A stretch of DNA of 64,000 nucleotides, from contig JAZKDB010000001.1 in assembly GCA_040387755.1 (NCBI GenBank), positions 823,141 through 887,140 of the forward strand, read 5' to 3'. A program made the translations under genes and the position numbers. This DNA comes from Bacteroidota bacterium (GTDB taxonomy: Bacteria > Bacteroidota > Bacteroidia > Chitinophagales > Chitinophagaceae). Of this stretch, positions 18,944 to 27,560 are shown one piece after another. The stretch's first letter is position 1; every line of letters starts with the position of its first letter. The notes beneath the pieces were generated by a model. It had not been told where the DNA came from and did not search any database. It saw only the letters and a list, made by a program, of their open reading frames with translations.

Positions 18944-20023
18944 TTATCGTGCATCAAAATTGACAACAACGTTTTCGCTTCGCGGATGTGCCTGGCAAGC
19001 CAGTACAAAACCTCTTTCAATTTCGTCTTTTTCCAGCGAATAATTGACATCCATTTCCACAACTCCTGATTCTATTTTGCAACGACAGGTAGCACAAACT
19101 CCACCTTTGCAGGCAAAAGGAAGGTCAGCGCCATTTTTGAGCGCCGCATCCAGAATGCTTTCACCATGGTATCCTAAAGATAAAAGGGTAGTAGTGCCAT
19201 CTAAAGTTACCGATACATTACTCATAATGTCGTCACTCAGGTTTTTTTCTTTGCGCTCCTGTTGTTTTTGTGCAGCTACTGCCGAGAAGAACAATTCGTA
19301 GTGAACATCTTTCTCCGGAACACCAGCGGCTATCAAACTGTCTTTGGCCGATAAAATCATTTCTTCGGGACCACATAAAAAAGCTGCACTGATGGTCTTT
19401 GGGTCAACAATTTTCTCCAGAAAGTAATTGCACTTTGCCGCATCAATTCTTCCACACATCAATTCAGTATCCGCCTGTTCGCGGCTAAGGATATGGTAAA
19501 CACTGAAACGCTCCATGTATTTATTCTTCAGCGCCTCCAGCTCAGATTTGAAGATGATGGTTCCTCTGTTTTTGTTGCCGTAGAGAAGCGTAAACTGACT
19601 GTTGGGTTCTGTTTGCAGGATCGTTTTGATAATGGACAGAATGGGTGTGATGCCGCTTCCTGCAGCTATACCAAAATAATGATGTTGGTTCTCATTGTCC
19701 AGCGGAGTGGTAAATAATCCTTGAGGAGTCATTGTTTCCAATACATCTCCTACTTTCAGTTGATTATTGACGTAAGTAGAAAATACACCTTCGTCTACTT
19801 GTTTGATGGCAACACGTAGTTCATTGTCCAATGGGCTGCTGCAAATAGAGTAGGAGCGACGAAGCTCTTCACCATTCATTTCCTTTTTGAAAGTGAGGTA
19901 TTGTCCTTGTTTGAATGTAAATGCGGATTTCAGGTTTTCAGGCAATTCAAAAGCTACAGAAACGCAATCAGCAGTTTCGCGGCGGATGTTTTTTACTTTG
20001 AGTGGATGAAATGTGATGCTCAT
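18944..20023 (-). CDS. paaE: Phenylacetyl-CoA epoxidase reductase subunit E (FAD/NAD reductase + 2Fe-2S)
   Basis: [21 protein letters not shown], ferredoxin CKGGVCATC...LACQ. Confidence 0.93.
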   Translation of the reverse strand: MSITFHPLKVKNIRRETADCVSVAFELPENLKSAFTFKQGQYLTFKKEMNGEELRRSYSICSSPLDNELRVAIKQVDEGVFSTYVNNQLKVGDVLETMTPQGLFTTPLDNENQHHYFGIAAGSGITPILSIIKTILQTEPNSQFTLLYGNKNRGTIIFKSELEALKNKYMERFSVYHILSREQADTELMCGRIDAAKCNYFLEKIVDPKTISAAFLCGPEEMILSAKDSLIAAGVPEKDVHYELFFSAVAAQKQQERKEKNLSDDIMSNVSVTLDGTTTLLSLGYHGESILDAALKNGADLPFACKGGVCATCRCKIESGVVEMDVNYSLEKDEIERGFVLACQAHPRSENVVVNFDAR

Positions 20024-20031
20024 ATATTGTT

Positions 20032-20616
20032 TTATGCTTTTACACCATTCATCAGAATGGCACTGATATCTTTTGCTAAATCTTCTTTTGTGACACCGCG
20101 GCTTGGTTTATACCAAAGCTCCACCCATCTCAGAGAGGAAAGAATGGTAAATAAAGCTACAGCTACATTTACTTTTTTAAAAGCGCCCTCCTTTATTCCT
20201 GCGGTGATAATTTCGGCCAAGTGTTTTTCGTATTCATTACGCATGGCTTTAAACTCCACCATTTTCTCTTTATTCAAAAATTTCCAGTCATTATTTAATA
20301 CCGAGACTGCATTTCCATCTTCAATAATCATCTGAATATGGAAGGCTATAATAGCTTCTATTTTTTCAGGAAACGAAATTTTTGTTTTGTCAATTTCGGT
20401 TAATTGCTCATCATATTTTCTTCCTATTCCAAAACAAATTTCTTCTAACAGTTCATCTTTCGAGCGGATATGATTGTACATACTGGCAGCTTCAATGCCA
20501 ACTTTCTCTGCCAAATCCCTCATAGTAGTGCCACCAAACCCCCTTTCTTTAAAAAGTTTTGAAGCCTCTGATATTATCAGATTCCGTTTGGAGATTTTTA
20601 TTTTTTCTATTGGCAT
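20032..20616 (-). CDS. TetR-family regulator, PaaR-like
   Basis: HTH GFGGTTMRDLAEKVGIEAASMYNHIRSKDEL, C-terminal W..LWYKP; first gene of the paaEABCD run. Confidence 0.88.
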   Translation of the reverse strand: MPIEKIKISKRNLIISEASKLFKERGFGGTTMRDLAEKVGIEAASMYNHIRSKDELLEEICFGIGRKYDEQLTEIDKTKISFPEKIEAIIAFHIQMIIEDGNAVSVLNNDWKFLNKEKMVEFKAMRNEYEKHLAEIITAGIKEGAFKKVNVAVALFTILSSLRWVELWYKPSRGVTKEDLAKDISAILMNGVKA

Positions 20617-20648
20617 TGATATAGTATCGGTATCACTTACTAATGATA

Positions 20649-20656
20649 CAAAAGTA
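20649..20656 (-). promoter_or_regulatory. -7 promoter box of the tetR-paaEABCD operon
   Basis: Minus strand TACTTTTG, 32 nt upstream of the TetR ATG. Confidence 0.65.
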
Positions 20657-20676
20657 TGGGTTTTAAAATTAAACTA

Positions 20677-20692
20677 ACTAACGTTTGTTAGT
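20677..20692. promoter_or_regulatory. Putative PaaR/TetR operator
   Basis: Palindrome ACTAAC-GTTT-GTTAGT at the expected -33 region of the paa operon promoter. Confidence 0.65.
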
Positions 20693-20758
20693 AAGATTAA
20701 TTATCATTTCCTTAAGAGGGCATAGACTAACTTTATAATAACCAAAATTACTTTTAAA

Positions 20759-21343
20759 ATGAAAAATATATTTACAAATTCTATTCTTTTGCTGAGTCTG
20801 CTGTTTTTCAGAATTGACTTTGTTTCCGCAAACCCTGATCCTACAAAAAAAAAAGGAGTAATATCTAATAATTCAAAAAGAACCACTGGATCAAAGTCCC
20901 CAAAATATTCTGGTGCAAAGTATATAGTTTCTACTCAGGAGAAGAAACCCTTATTATACACAAAAAGCTTTTCCAAAACCGGAAAAAATGTTTTTAAAAC
21001 AACCTATAATATTTACAATCTGCAAAAAGTACAAATTTATAAAGTGATTGCTACTCATAATAAAAAAAACAAGTCAATAGAAGTGGCCGTGAAAGACCTC
21101 GAAGCAAATGGGTTTCCGATAGTAAATATAGAAAGGACTCATTATGACATACCCTTTACCGGTAGATTTGGTGCAATAGGTAAAGTAGGTGCAATAGGTA
21201 AAGGCAGGTCACATGCTCAATCTCCAGGTCAATTAACTGTTAGTTTTGTTAGCAAAAAATTTGATTTCATCAAGGTTGTCCATATTGCAGACGCACATGA
21301 AGATACCAACAAGGATTTACAAGTCTTTGTATTGGATGAATAA
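20759..21343 (+). CDS. Hypothetical Lys-rich exported protein
   Basis: 194 aa, signal peptide ending VSA-N, strongly basic; no family recognised. Confidence 0.55.
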   Translation: MKNIFTNSILLLSLLFFRIDFVSANPDPTKKKGVISNNSKRTTGSKSPKYSGAKYIVSTQEKKPLLYTKSFSKTGKNVFKTTYNIYNLQKVQIYKVIATHNKKNKSIEVAVKDLEANGFPIVNIERTHYDIPFTGRFGAIGKVGAIGKGRSHAQSPGQLTVSFVSKKFDFIKVVHIADAHEDTNKDLQVFVLDE

Positions 21344-21348
21344 GGCAG

Positions 21349-21705
21349 TTAATAGAACGCATCTTCCAGATGGATGATTTCCTGGGTTTTTTGTCCTTTT
21401 TGCAGAATACTGATGATATCAAATCTTGGGCTTTTGACGGGTTGTTTTTGCTCATAGTAAACTTCTGCAGCAAGTTTCAGTGATTTTTTTTTAGAATCAG
21501 TTACAGCTTCTTCCGGGAAGCCATAATCGAAATTACTTCTTGTTTTGACCTCTACAAATACAATACTGTCGCTGTTTTCGGCAATAATATCGATTTCCTT
21601 TTTTCCTGCCCGCCAATTGGTTTCAAGAATGAGATAACCTTTATTTTTTAAAAAAATAGCGGCTAATTGTTCGCCATTTGTGCCTATTTCAGTATGTTTG
21701 AGCAT
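21349..21705 (-). CDS. yraN: YraN/UPF0102 family PD-(D/E)XK nuclease
   Basis: GTNGEQLAA..L..KGY.IL..NWR..KKEIDIIA, VFVEVKTRS, RFDIISI. Confidence 0.93.
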   Translation of the reverse strand: MLKHTEIGTNGEQLAAIFLKNKGYLILETNWRAGKKEIDIIAENSDSIVFVEVKTRSNFDYGFPEEAVTDSKKKSLKLAAEVYYEQKQPVKSPRFDIISILQKGQKTQEIIHLEDAFY

Positions 21706-21717
21706 CTAAAAAATAAT

Positions 21718-22704
21718 ATGGAAGAATTAATTGTTCGCTTTACGACGCAAATGCGTGAATCTTTGGATATTGTTCAAAATTACAAATTCATCGCCCCTAA
21801 AAAAACGCAATTTAACAATATTATACTCACAGGCTTGGGTGGTAGTGGTATCGCTGGTTCTATTGTTCAGAATTATGTCTTTGATAAATGCAAGTATCCT
21901 TTTGTAGTTAACAAAGATTATTTCTTACCTGCATTTGTCAACAAAGATTCTCTAGTCATAGTGTCTTCTTATTCAGGCAATACGGAAGAAACAGTTGCTG
22001 CGTTGCAAAAGGCAATTAAGGTAAAAGCAACTGTTGTTTGTATTACTTCGGGAGGGCAAATTGCAGAGATTGCTGCCAAGAAAAAAATTGATTGTATTTT
22101 ACTACCTGCCGGAATGCCTCCACGCGCCTGCATTGGTTATTCGATGCTTCAGGTGATTAGCGCTTTGGAGCATTTTGGTTGTATTAAGAATGTTATTGCC
22201 AATGAGGTTACTCCGGCGGTTGCATTGCTGGATGCAGAAGAAAAAGATATCCGCAAGAAAGCAAAATCTATTGCCGCAAAATTGAATGGTAAGTTGCCTA
22301 TCATTTATTCAGCCGCTGACTTTGAAGGTATGGCTGTTCGTTTCCGTCAACAATTAAATGAAAACAGTAAAATCCTTTGCTGGCATCATGCTATTCCCGA
22401 AATGAATCATAATGAATTGGTAGGTTGGAGAGATAAAGATCCTAACAAAATTGTGGTTATACTACGTAATGAGAACGATTACGAGCGTGTACAAATGCGT
22501 ATGGAAATTAATAAAAAAGTGTTCAAACAGTATACTCCTAACATTCTTGAAATTTACTCAAAGGGCAACAGTTATTTTGAACGTATTTTTTATTTCATTC
22601 ACCTCACTGATTATATTTCTATTGAATTGGCCAAGCTTCATAATGTTGATGCCACTGAAGTAAAAGTTATTGATTTTTTGAAAGGCTCTTTAGCCAAATC
22701 ATAA
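21718..22704 (+). CDS. Bifunctional phosphoglucose/phosphomannose isomerase (SIS domains)
   Basis: Start moved to ATG 21718. GLGGSGIAG, SSYSGNTEET, RFRQQLNENSK, PEMNHNELVGW. Confidence 0.92.
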   Translation: MEELIVRFTTQMRESLDIVQNYKFIAPKKTQFNNIILTGLGGSGIAGSIVQNYVFDKCKYPFVVNKDYFLPAFVNKDSLVIVSSYSGNTEETVAALQKAIKVKATVVCITSGGQIAEIAAKKKIDCILLPAGMPPRACIGYSMLQVISALEHFGCIKNVIANEVTPAVALLDAEEKDIRKKAKSIAAKLNGKLPIIYSAADFEGMAVRFRQQLNENSKILCWHHAIPEMNHNELVGWRDKDPNKIVVILRNENDYERVQMRMEINKKVFKQYTPNILEIYSKGNSYFERIFYFIHLTDYISIELAKLHNVDATEVKVIDFLKGSLAKS

Positions 22705-22721
22705 TATTCTTATGTTACATT

Positions 22722-22753
22722 AAAAAGGGTTCGAAACATTTCGAACCCTTTTT
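22722..22753. terminator. Bidirectional intrinsic terminator
   Basis: 15-bp inverted repeat AAAAAGGGTTCGAAA / TTTCGAACCCTTTTT between convergent genes. Confidence 0.85.
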
Positions 22754-22755
22754 AA

Positions 22756-23805
22756 TTATGCAGATGATTTTTCTTCTGTTTTTTCTGCTACACTTACGAA
22801 CTCGCTTACGTATATCTTTACCAACAGCAGGAATAAGGAGATAACCAGAGGCCCAAATATCAGCCCTAAAAATCCAAACATATTTAAGCCTACAATAACA
22901 CCAAATATGGTAATTAACGGATGGGTATCACCTATCTGCTTTTGGACAATCATTCTGAATACATTGTCGCTCATGCCAATGACAACCAGCCCCCAAAATA
23001 CAAGCCCCAACCCGTTATTTACGTCTCCTCCTGCAAAACTCAGTATAGCAATGGGAACCCAGGCAGCCATTGTCCCTACAAAAGGAATAAATGAACAAAT
23101 ACCTGTTACAATTCCCCACAATACAGGTTCGTCTACATCAAAAATCCAATAACCCAACATTGCTAATCCACCCTGAATAACACCCATAATAGGCAGTCCA
23201 ATTGCATTACTCATTACAGATTCTTTTACCTCAGATATCACTTTATTTCTGTTTTCAGGTTTGAAAGGCAATCTTTTCTGCAGCCAACGCTCAACATTTC
23301 CTGCATTGGTCAATAAAAAACCAAGTAAGAAGTATGCAATTATCGTATTCATCAGGGCATTGGCTGTTGAACTGAGAATGGGCGGAACTACTGAACTAAT
23401 GGCATTTGTTATTTTTTCAATATTGGGTTCAGAAAGAATATTCATTCCAAATCTGGTATTCAGATATTGTTGGATTTTATCGGCAGTTTTGGTGATAATT
23501 TCAGGGTTGGAAATCAAAGGAGAAATTTTCTCAACCAAAATGAAACCCACCCAAATAAATGGAATGACAATGCATATAAATGAAATTATCATCAATATGG
23601 TGGCGGCAATCCATTTTTTCCAGTGCTTTTCGTAAACCAGTTTATACATTGGCTTGCGCAAAAGCATATACAAGGTAACAGCACCCAAAAATGAACTGAG
23701 CAAAAAGGTCATTTGCAAAAAGAGCAGGATGCCTAATGTTAGTATTGAGCCAAGAAATAAAACTTGTCGAACTTTGTTAGCAGGTATTTGAGTATTGTAG
23801 TCCAT
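22756..23805 (-). CDS. AI-2E family transporter
   Basis: Multi-TM; SFIPFVGT, MSDNVFR, HPLITIFGVIVGLNMFGFLGLIFGP. Confidence 0.92.
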   Translation of the reverse strand: MDYNTQIPANKVRQVLFLGSILTLGILLFLQMTFLLSSFLGAVTLYMLLRKPMYKLVYEKHWKKWIAATILMIISFICIVIPFIWVGFILVEKISPLISNPEIITKTADKIQQYLNTRFGMNILSEPNIEKITNAISSVVPPILSSTANALMNTIIAYFLLGFLLTNAGNVERWLQKRLPFKPENRNKVISEVKESVMSNAIGLPIMGVIQGGLAMLGYWIFDVDEPVLWGIVTGICSFIPFVGTMAAWVPIAILSFAGGDVNNGLGLVFWGLVVIGMSDNVFRMIVQKQIGDTHPLITIFGVIVGLNMFGFLGLIFGPLVISLFLLLVKIYVSEFVSVAEKTEEKSSA

Positions 23806-23898
23806 TTTTTTCTGTGAATTTTGGTTTTTGCAAGCAATTTTGAATTAAATGCCTGCGAAAGTAGTTGACAATAGCTCAGATATTCTTATAAGTTTTTG

Positions 23899-24804
23899 CT
23901 AAAGGATTATAATATCCTCACTTAAAATATTGAAAGTTGCCGTTTCTACCATTTTAGCTTCCTTTTCTCTTCTTTCCAATAATCCAGGTAGTCCTTTGCC
24001 TTCCCACAATCGTTTCATATTGCGGATTTGTTTTGCAATTCCTGCTAGATTTTGGCTTGCAACAAGAGGGATTATATTTTTCATTTCTGCTCTGGATGCT
24101 CCGTTGATGCTTTCTCCACGGTTATATACCAGAGAAAGCAGCGCTCCCTGAGCATCAGGAGGAAGTTTTTCTATACCAGGATACAACTTCTTCGTTCTTC
24201 GGCCAAATGAAGGCAATGTCGTTTGATAGAAAACTGAGAGAGCAGTATTGTAATCTATAATTATACTTTTTGTGGATGCTAATGCGTTTTTTGCATTAAT
24301 GCCGCTAAGTCCGGCAACAGAACAAAGTGTATCCAATGTTTGGCTATCAACAAAAGGCCCCCAGGCTGCAGCAATGGAAGATTTGTTATTAAAACCCAGA
24401 TCATAGCCAATACCAATAGTAACACCACTTTCTCCTCCGGGCCAGATTGGTTTTTGATATTTTTTATTGTACTGAGCTTCCGAACTTACTTCAAAACCAA
24501 TCAGCATTTCCATCGCTTTTTTGGAAACGTGCATACTGCTGCCCGCAGGTAGCACAGGTAATTTGATGCTTAGAAAATTCTCAATTCGAGTCAATGTTTC
24601 GGGGTCTAAAACTCCCGTTCTGCCAGAGCGCAGGAAGATTTGAATGGAAACAATATGCGTCAATAAATCTGAATTCGGGCGCATAGGATAGCCGGCTTTT
24701 TGCTCAAAGGCAATAGCCGTTTGGATATCAAAAATTCCGCTTTCAGCAACATTTAGTTTAGCTTGAATGGCCTTTATTCTCGTTCTTGAATCTATTGATG
24801 GCAT
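23899..24804 (-). CDS. Pesticin/T4-lysozyme-like muramidase with degenerate N-terminal peptidoglycan-binding repeats
   Basis: MLIGFEV (candidate catalytic Glu), WPGGESGVTIGIGYDLG, QGALLSLVYNRG, GLLERREKEA; no signal peptide. Confidence 0.8.
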   Translation of the reverse strand: MPSIDSRTRIKAIQAKLNVAESGIFDIQTAIAFEQKAGYPMRPNSDLLTHIVSIQIFLRSGRTGVLDPETLTRIENFLSIKLPVLPAGSSMHVSKKAMEMLIGFEVSSEAQYNKKYQKPIWPGGESGVTIGIGYDLGFNNKSSIAAAWGPFVDSQTLDTLCSVAGLSGINAKNALASTKSIIIDYNTALSVFYQTTLPSFGRRTKKLYPGIEKLPPDAQGALLSLVYNRGESINGASRAEMKNIIPLVASQNLAGIAKQIRNMKRLWEGKGLPGLLERREKEAKMVETATFNILSEDIIIL

Positions 24805-24915
24805 AGAACATTAATTTTTATAAGTACAAAGTATTGTATTATTTTTTAAAAAAGGTATTACTTTTCTGAAATTATTTGTTTCAGATACATACTTCTTTCC
24901 CAGCATACTTTTACC

Positions 24916-24923
24916 TACTTTTG
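24916..24923 (+). promoter_or_regulatory. -7 promoter box for fbp
   Basis: TACTTTTG(C) 25 nt upstream of ATG 24949. Confidence 0.65.
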
Positions 24924-24948
24924 CACACATTTTATTTCAATTAAGATT

Positions 24949-25959
24949 ATGGATACAAAAAAGAGAAAGCTCATTACACTAGATGAGTTTACCATTCAGG
25001 AAACACGCAAATTCCCTAATGCAACCGGAGAATTGTCATCATTGTTGCGAGATATAGCTTTGGCATGTAAAATCATCAATAAGCAAGTAAACAAAGCTGG
25101 TCTGGTAGATATTTTGGGCAAGCATGGTGCTACAAATGTGCAAGGTGAAGAACAAATGAAACTGGATATTTTTGCAAATGAGACATTAATTAATGTCCTT
25201 CAGAATAGCTCAGAGTGTGCTGGTATTGCTTCAGAAGAAAATGATGACCATGTATGTTTCTCCGACCCTTTCTCTGTAAATTCTAAATATGTTGTCTTAT
25301 TTGACCCCTTGGATGGCTCCAGCAATATCGATGTAAATGCCTCTATTGGCACTATTTTCTCTATATATCGTCGTGTTAGCCCGCTAGGTTCACCATGTAC
25401 CGATGCCGACTTTTTGCAGGCAGGTAATAAGCTGATGGCTGCCGGATACGTTATCTACGGTTCAAGTACAATGCTGGTTTATGCTACTAAAATCGGGGTA
25501 AATGGTTTTACATTGGAAACATCAATCGGTGAGTTCTGCTTGTCCCACCCTGATATGAAGTGTAATGAGAACGGAAAAATATACTCTCTAAATCAAGGTA
25601 ATACCAATTTGTACAATCAGGGAATGAAAGATTTCCTGAATTATTGTATGGAAGAAAATAAAGAGGAAGGCCGCCCTTATTCTCACCGATATATTGGCTC
25701 AATGGTTGCAGATTTGCATAGAACATTGATTAAAGGAGGAATCTTCATTTATCCGGCAGATCGTAAAAATGCTAAAGGAAAGTTGAGGCTTCAATACGAA
25801 TGTAATCCTATGGCATTGATTATAGAGGCTGCGGGCGGAGTGGCTGATTTTGGCGAAGGTCGTATCCTGGACATAGTACCGACAGAATTACATCAACGTA
25901 CACCTATTTACATTGGTTCTAAAAAACTGGTTGAAAAGGCATTGTCTTTTGGTAACTAA
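24949..25959 (+). CDS. fbp: Class 1 fructose-1,6-bisphosphatase
   Basis: NVQGEEQMKLD, FDPLDGSSN, RYIGSMVAD, GKLRLQYECNP. Confidence 0.97.
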   Translation: MDTKKRKLITLDEFTIQETRKFPNATGELSSLLRDIALACKIINKQVNKAGLVDILGKHGATNVQGEEQMKLDIFANETLINVLQNSSECAGIASEENDDHVCFSDPFSVNSKYVVLFDPLDGSSNIDVNASIGTIFSIYRRVSPLGSPCTDADFLQAGNKLMAAGYVIYGSSTMLVYATKIGVNGFTLETSIGEFCLSHPDMKCNENGKIYSLNQGNTNLYNQGMKDFLNYCMEENKEEGRPYSHRYIGSMVADLHRTLIKGGIFIYPADRKNAKGKLRLQYECNPMALIIEAAGGVADFGEGRILDIVPTELHQRTPIYIGSKKLVEKALSFGN

Positions 25960-25980
25960 TATTTTAGATTTAAATTCAGA

Positions 25981-26014
25981 AAACGCAAAGCTTTTAATAA
26001 TTAGCTTTGCGTTT
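25981..26014 (+). terminator. fbp terminator hairpin whose 3' arm contains a -7 box (TAGCTTTG, 26002-26009)
   Basis: AAACGCAAAGCT / AGCTTTGCGTTT inverted repeat followed by TGTTTT. Confidence 0.7.
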
Positions 26015-26036
26015 TGTTTTGAAACAATTTGGAAAG

Positions 26037-26780
26037 ATGAACGCAAACAAACTTCATATATTGGCTATAGCTGCTCACCCGGATGATGTAGAACTGGGCT
26101 GTGGTGGCACTTTAACGAAGCATGCTTTGATGGGGCAGCGTGTGGGTATTGTTGATTTGACAGAGGGTGAATTAGGAACCCGGGGTTCTGTACAGGATCG
26201 TTATGCCGAAGCTGCAAAAGCAGCAGAAATCATGGGTCTTTCCGTTCGTGAAAATGCGAGGATCAGAGATGGTTTTTTTAAAAATGATGAAGAGCATCAA
26301 AGACATATTATTTCATACATCCGAAAATATCAACCAGAAATAGTAATTACCAATGCTCCAGAAGACAGGCATCCTGATCACGGCAGAGGATTTCAACTGG
26401 TGAGCGATGCTTGTTTTTTAGCAGGCCTGCGCAAAATTGAAACATTTAATGAAGATGGTACGGCCCAAAGTGCCTGGCGTCCTAAGCGTGTTTTTTCTTT
26501 AATTCAGGATCGTCAGTTGGAGCCAACCTTTATTGTCGATATCAGTGAGACATTTGAGGCAAAAATGGCGGCTATCAAAGCTTATTCATCACAGTTTTAT
26601 CAGGCAGGGTCTGATGAGCCGGTTACCTATATTGCTACACAGAATTTTACTGAGCAAATTATTTACAGAGATTCATTGATGGGAAAAAAAATCGGAACCA
26701 AATATGGCGAAGGCTTTATTTCTGTGAATATTCCGGGTATCAGTTCTTTAGATCAGCTTATTTATCCCGAGCTCGCTTAA
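26037..26780 (+). CDS. bshB1: Bacillithiol biosynthesis deacetylase BshB1 (LmbE/PIG-L family)
   Basis: Start moved to ATG 26037. AAHPDDVELGCGG, DLTEGELGTRG, DRHPDH, LAGLRKIET. Confidence 0.9.
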   Translation: MNANKLHILAIAAHPDDVELGCGGTLTKHALMGQRVGIVDLTEGELGTRGSVQDRYAEAAKAAEIMGLSVRENARIRDGFFKNDEEHQRHIISYIRKYQPEIVITNAPEDRHPDHGRGFQLVSDACFLAGLRKIETFNEDGTAQSAWRPKRVFSLIQDRQLEPTFIVDISETFEAKMAAIKAYSSQFYQAGSDEPVTYIATQNFTEQIIYRDSLMGKKIGTKYGEGFISVNIPGISSLDQLIYPELA

Positions 26781-27415
26781 CCCTTATTTTTTTCAAAACC
26801 AAAATACCAACCAACTCCCAGAATTACACCTCCGGGCATTATCGCATGCAGTACATTGTGTGATTCGGCGGTTAGGGCAATAGCAGGAAAACTATTGGTG
26901 GTTTTTGAATCTATGCTATAAGTTCCCGGTTCAATTTTGATAGAATAGCCTAATTGGGTATAGAATTTGTTTTGTCTGCGTCCAATCGTCCAGAAATGAT
27001 ATAAAGAAACGAAGGCATTGGTTGCAGGTTTTAAATCCAGGACAATATCTTGTTTACCATAGTTGGTTCCCATATTGGTTTCGAAATTATTGGTGGCCAA
27101 ATTTCTGGTTATACCTATACCCAAAGCTAATTTCCGGTGACAATTATTGTTGAAATAAAATCTTCCCTCTGCAAAAGCTTTATAACCCCATGAACTGGAA
27201 CCTATACCTGTTCCAACAGAAAATTGAGCGCCCAACGTTTTTTCAATACTGAGACCAATAAGACCGTTATGATTGTTAATGCCCCCATTAATACCCAGAT
27301 AAAGCATGGGACAGGATTTTGGCTTTGTATCAGACCTCAGTTGTTGCACCTTTCCCTGCGCTAAAACAGAAAGGCAATATAAAGTTGTGGCACAAGTAAG
27401 AAGTGATTTTTTCAT
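26777..27415 (-). CDS. Hypothetical exported, probable small beta-barrel protein
   Basis: Signal peptide; Gly/aromatic alternating strands (LYLGINGGIN, FSVGTGIG, YKAFAEGRFYF, ILGVGWYFGF). Confidence 0.6.
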   Translation of the reverse strand: MKKSLLTCATTLYCLSVLAQGKVQQLRSDTKPKSCPMLYLGINGGINNHNGLIGLSIEKTLGAQFSVGTGIGSSSWGYKAFAEGRFYFNNNCHRKLALGIGITRNLATNNFETNMGTNYGKQDIVLDLKPATNAFVSLYHFWTIGRRQNKFYTQLGYSIKIEPGTYSIDSKTTNSFPAIALTAESHNVLHAIMPGGVILGVGWYFGFEKNKG

Positions 27416-27560
27416 GGTAAAATTTCTTTCTTAGGTAAAGTGAATTAGGTGATGGTAACAGGAACATTTTCGAAAACTCTTTATTAGAGATATCAACGAG
27501 ATTATCCCGAATAGTTGTTGAAAATATATATTATAAAATCAGCTACATATTGCTCTGCAT

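Noticed and set aside
18898-19062. Apparent 119-bp overlap of paaA with paaE in the ORF track
   Set aside because: Artefact of an upstream start; the PaaA-like sequence begins at ATG 18897
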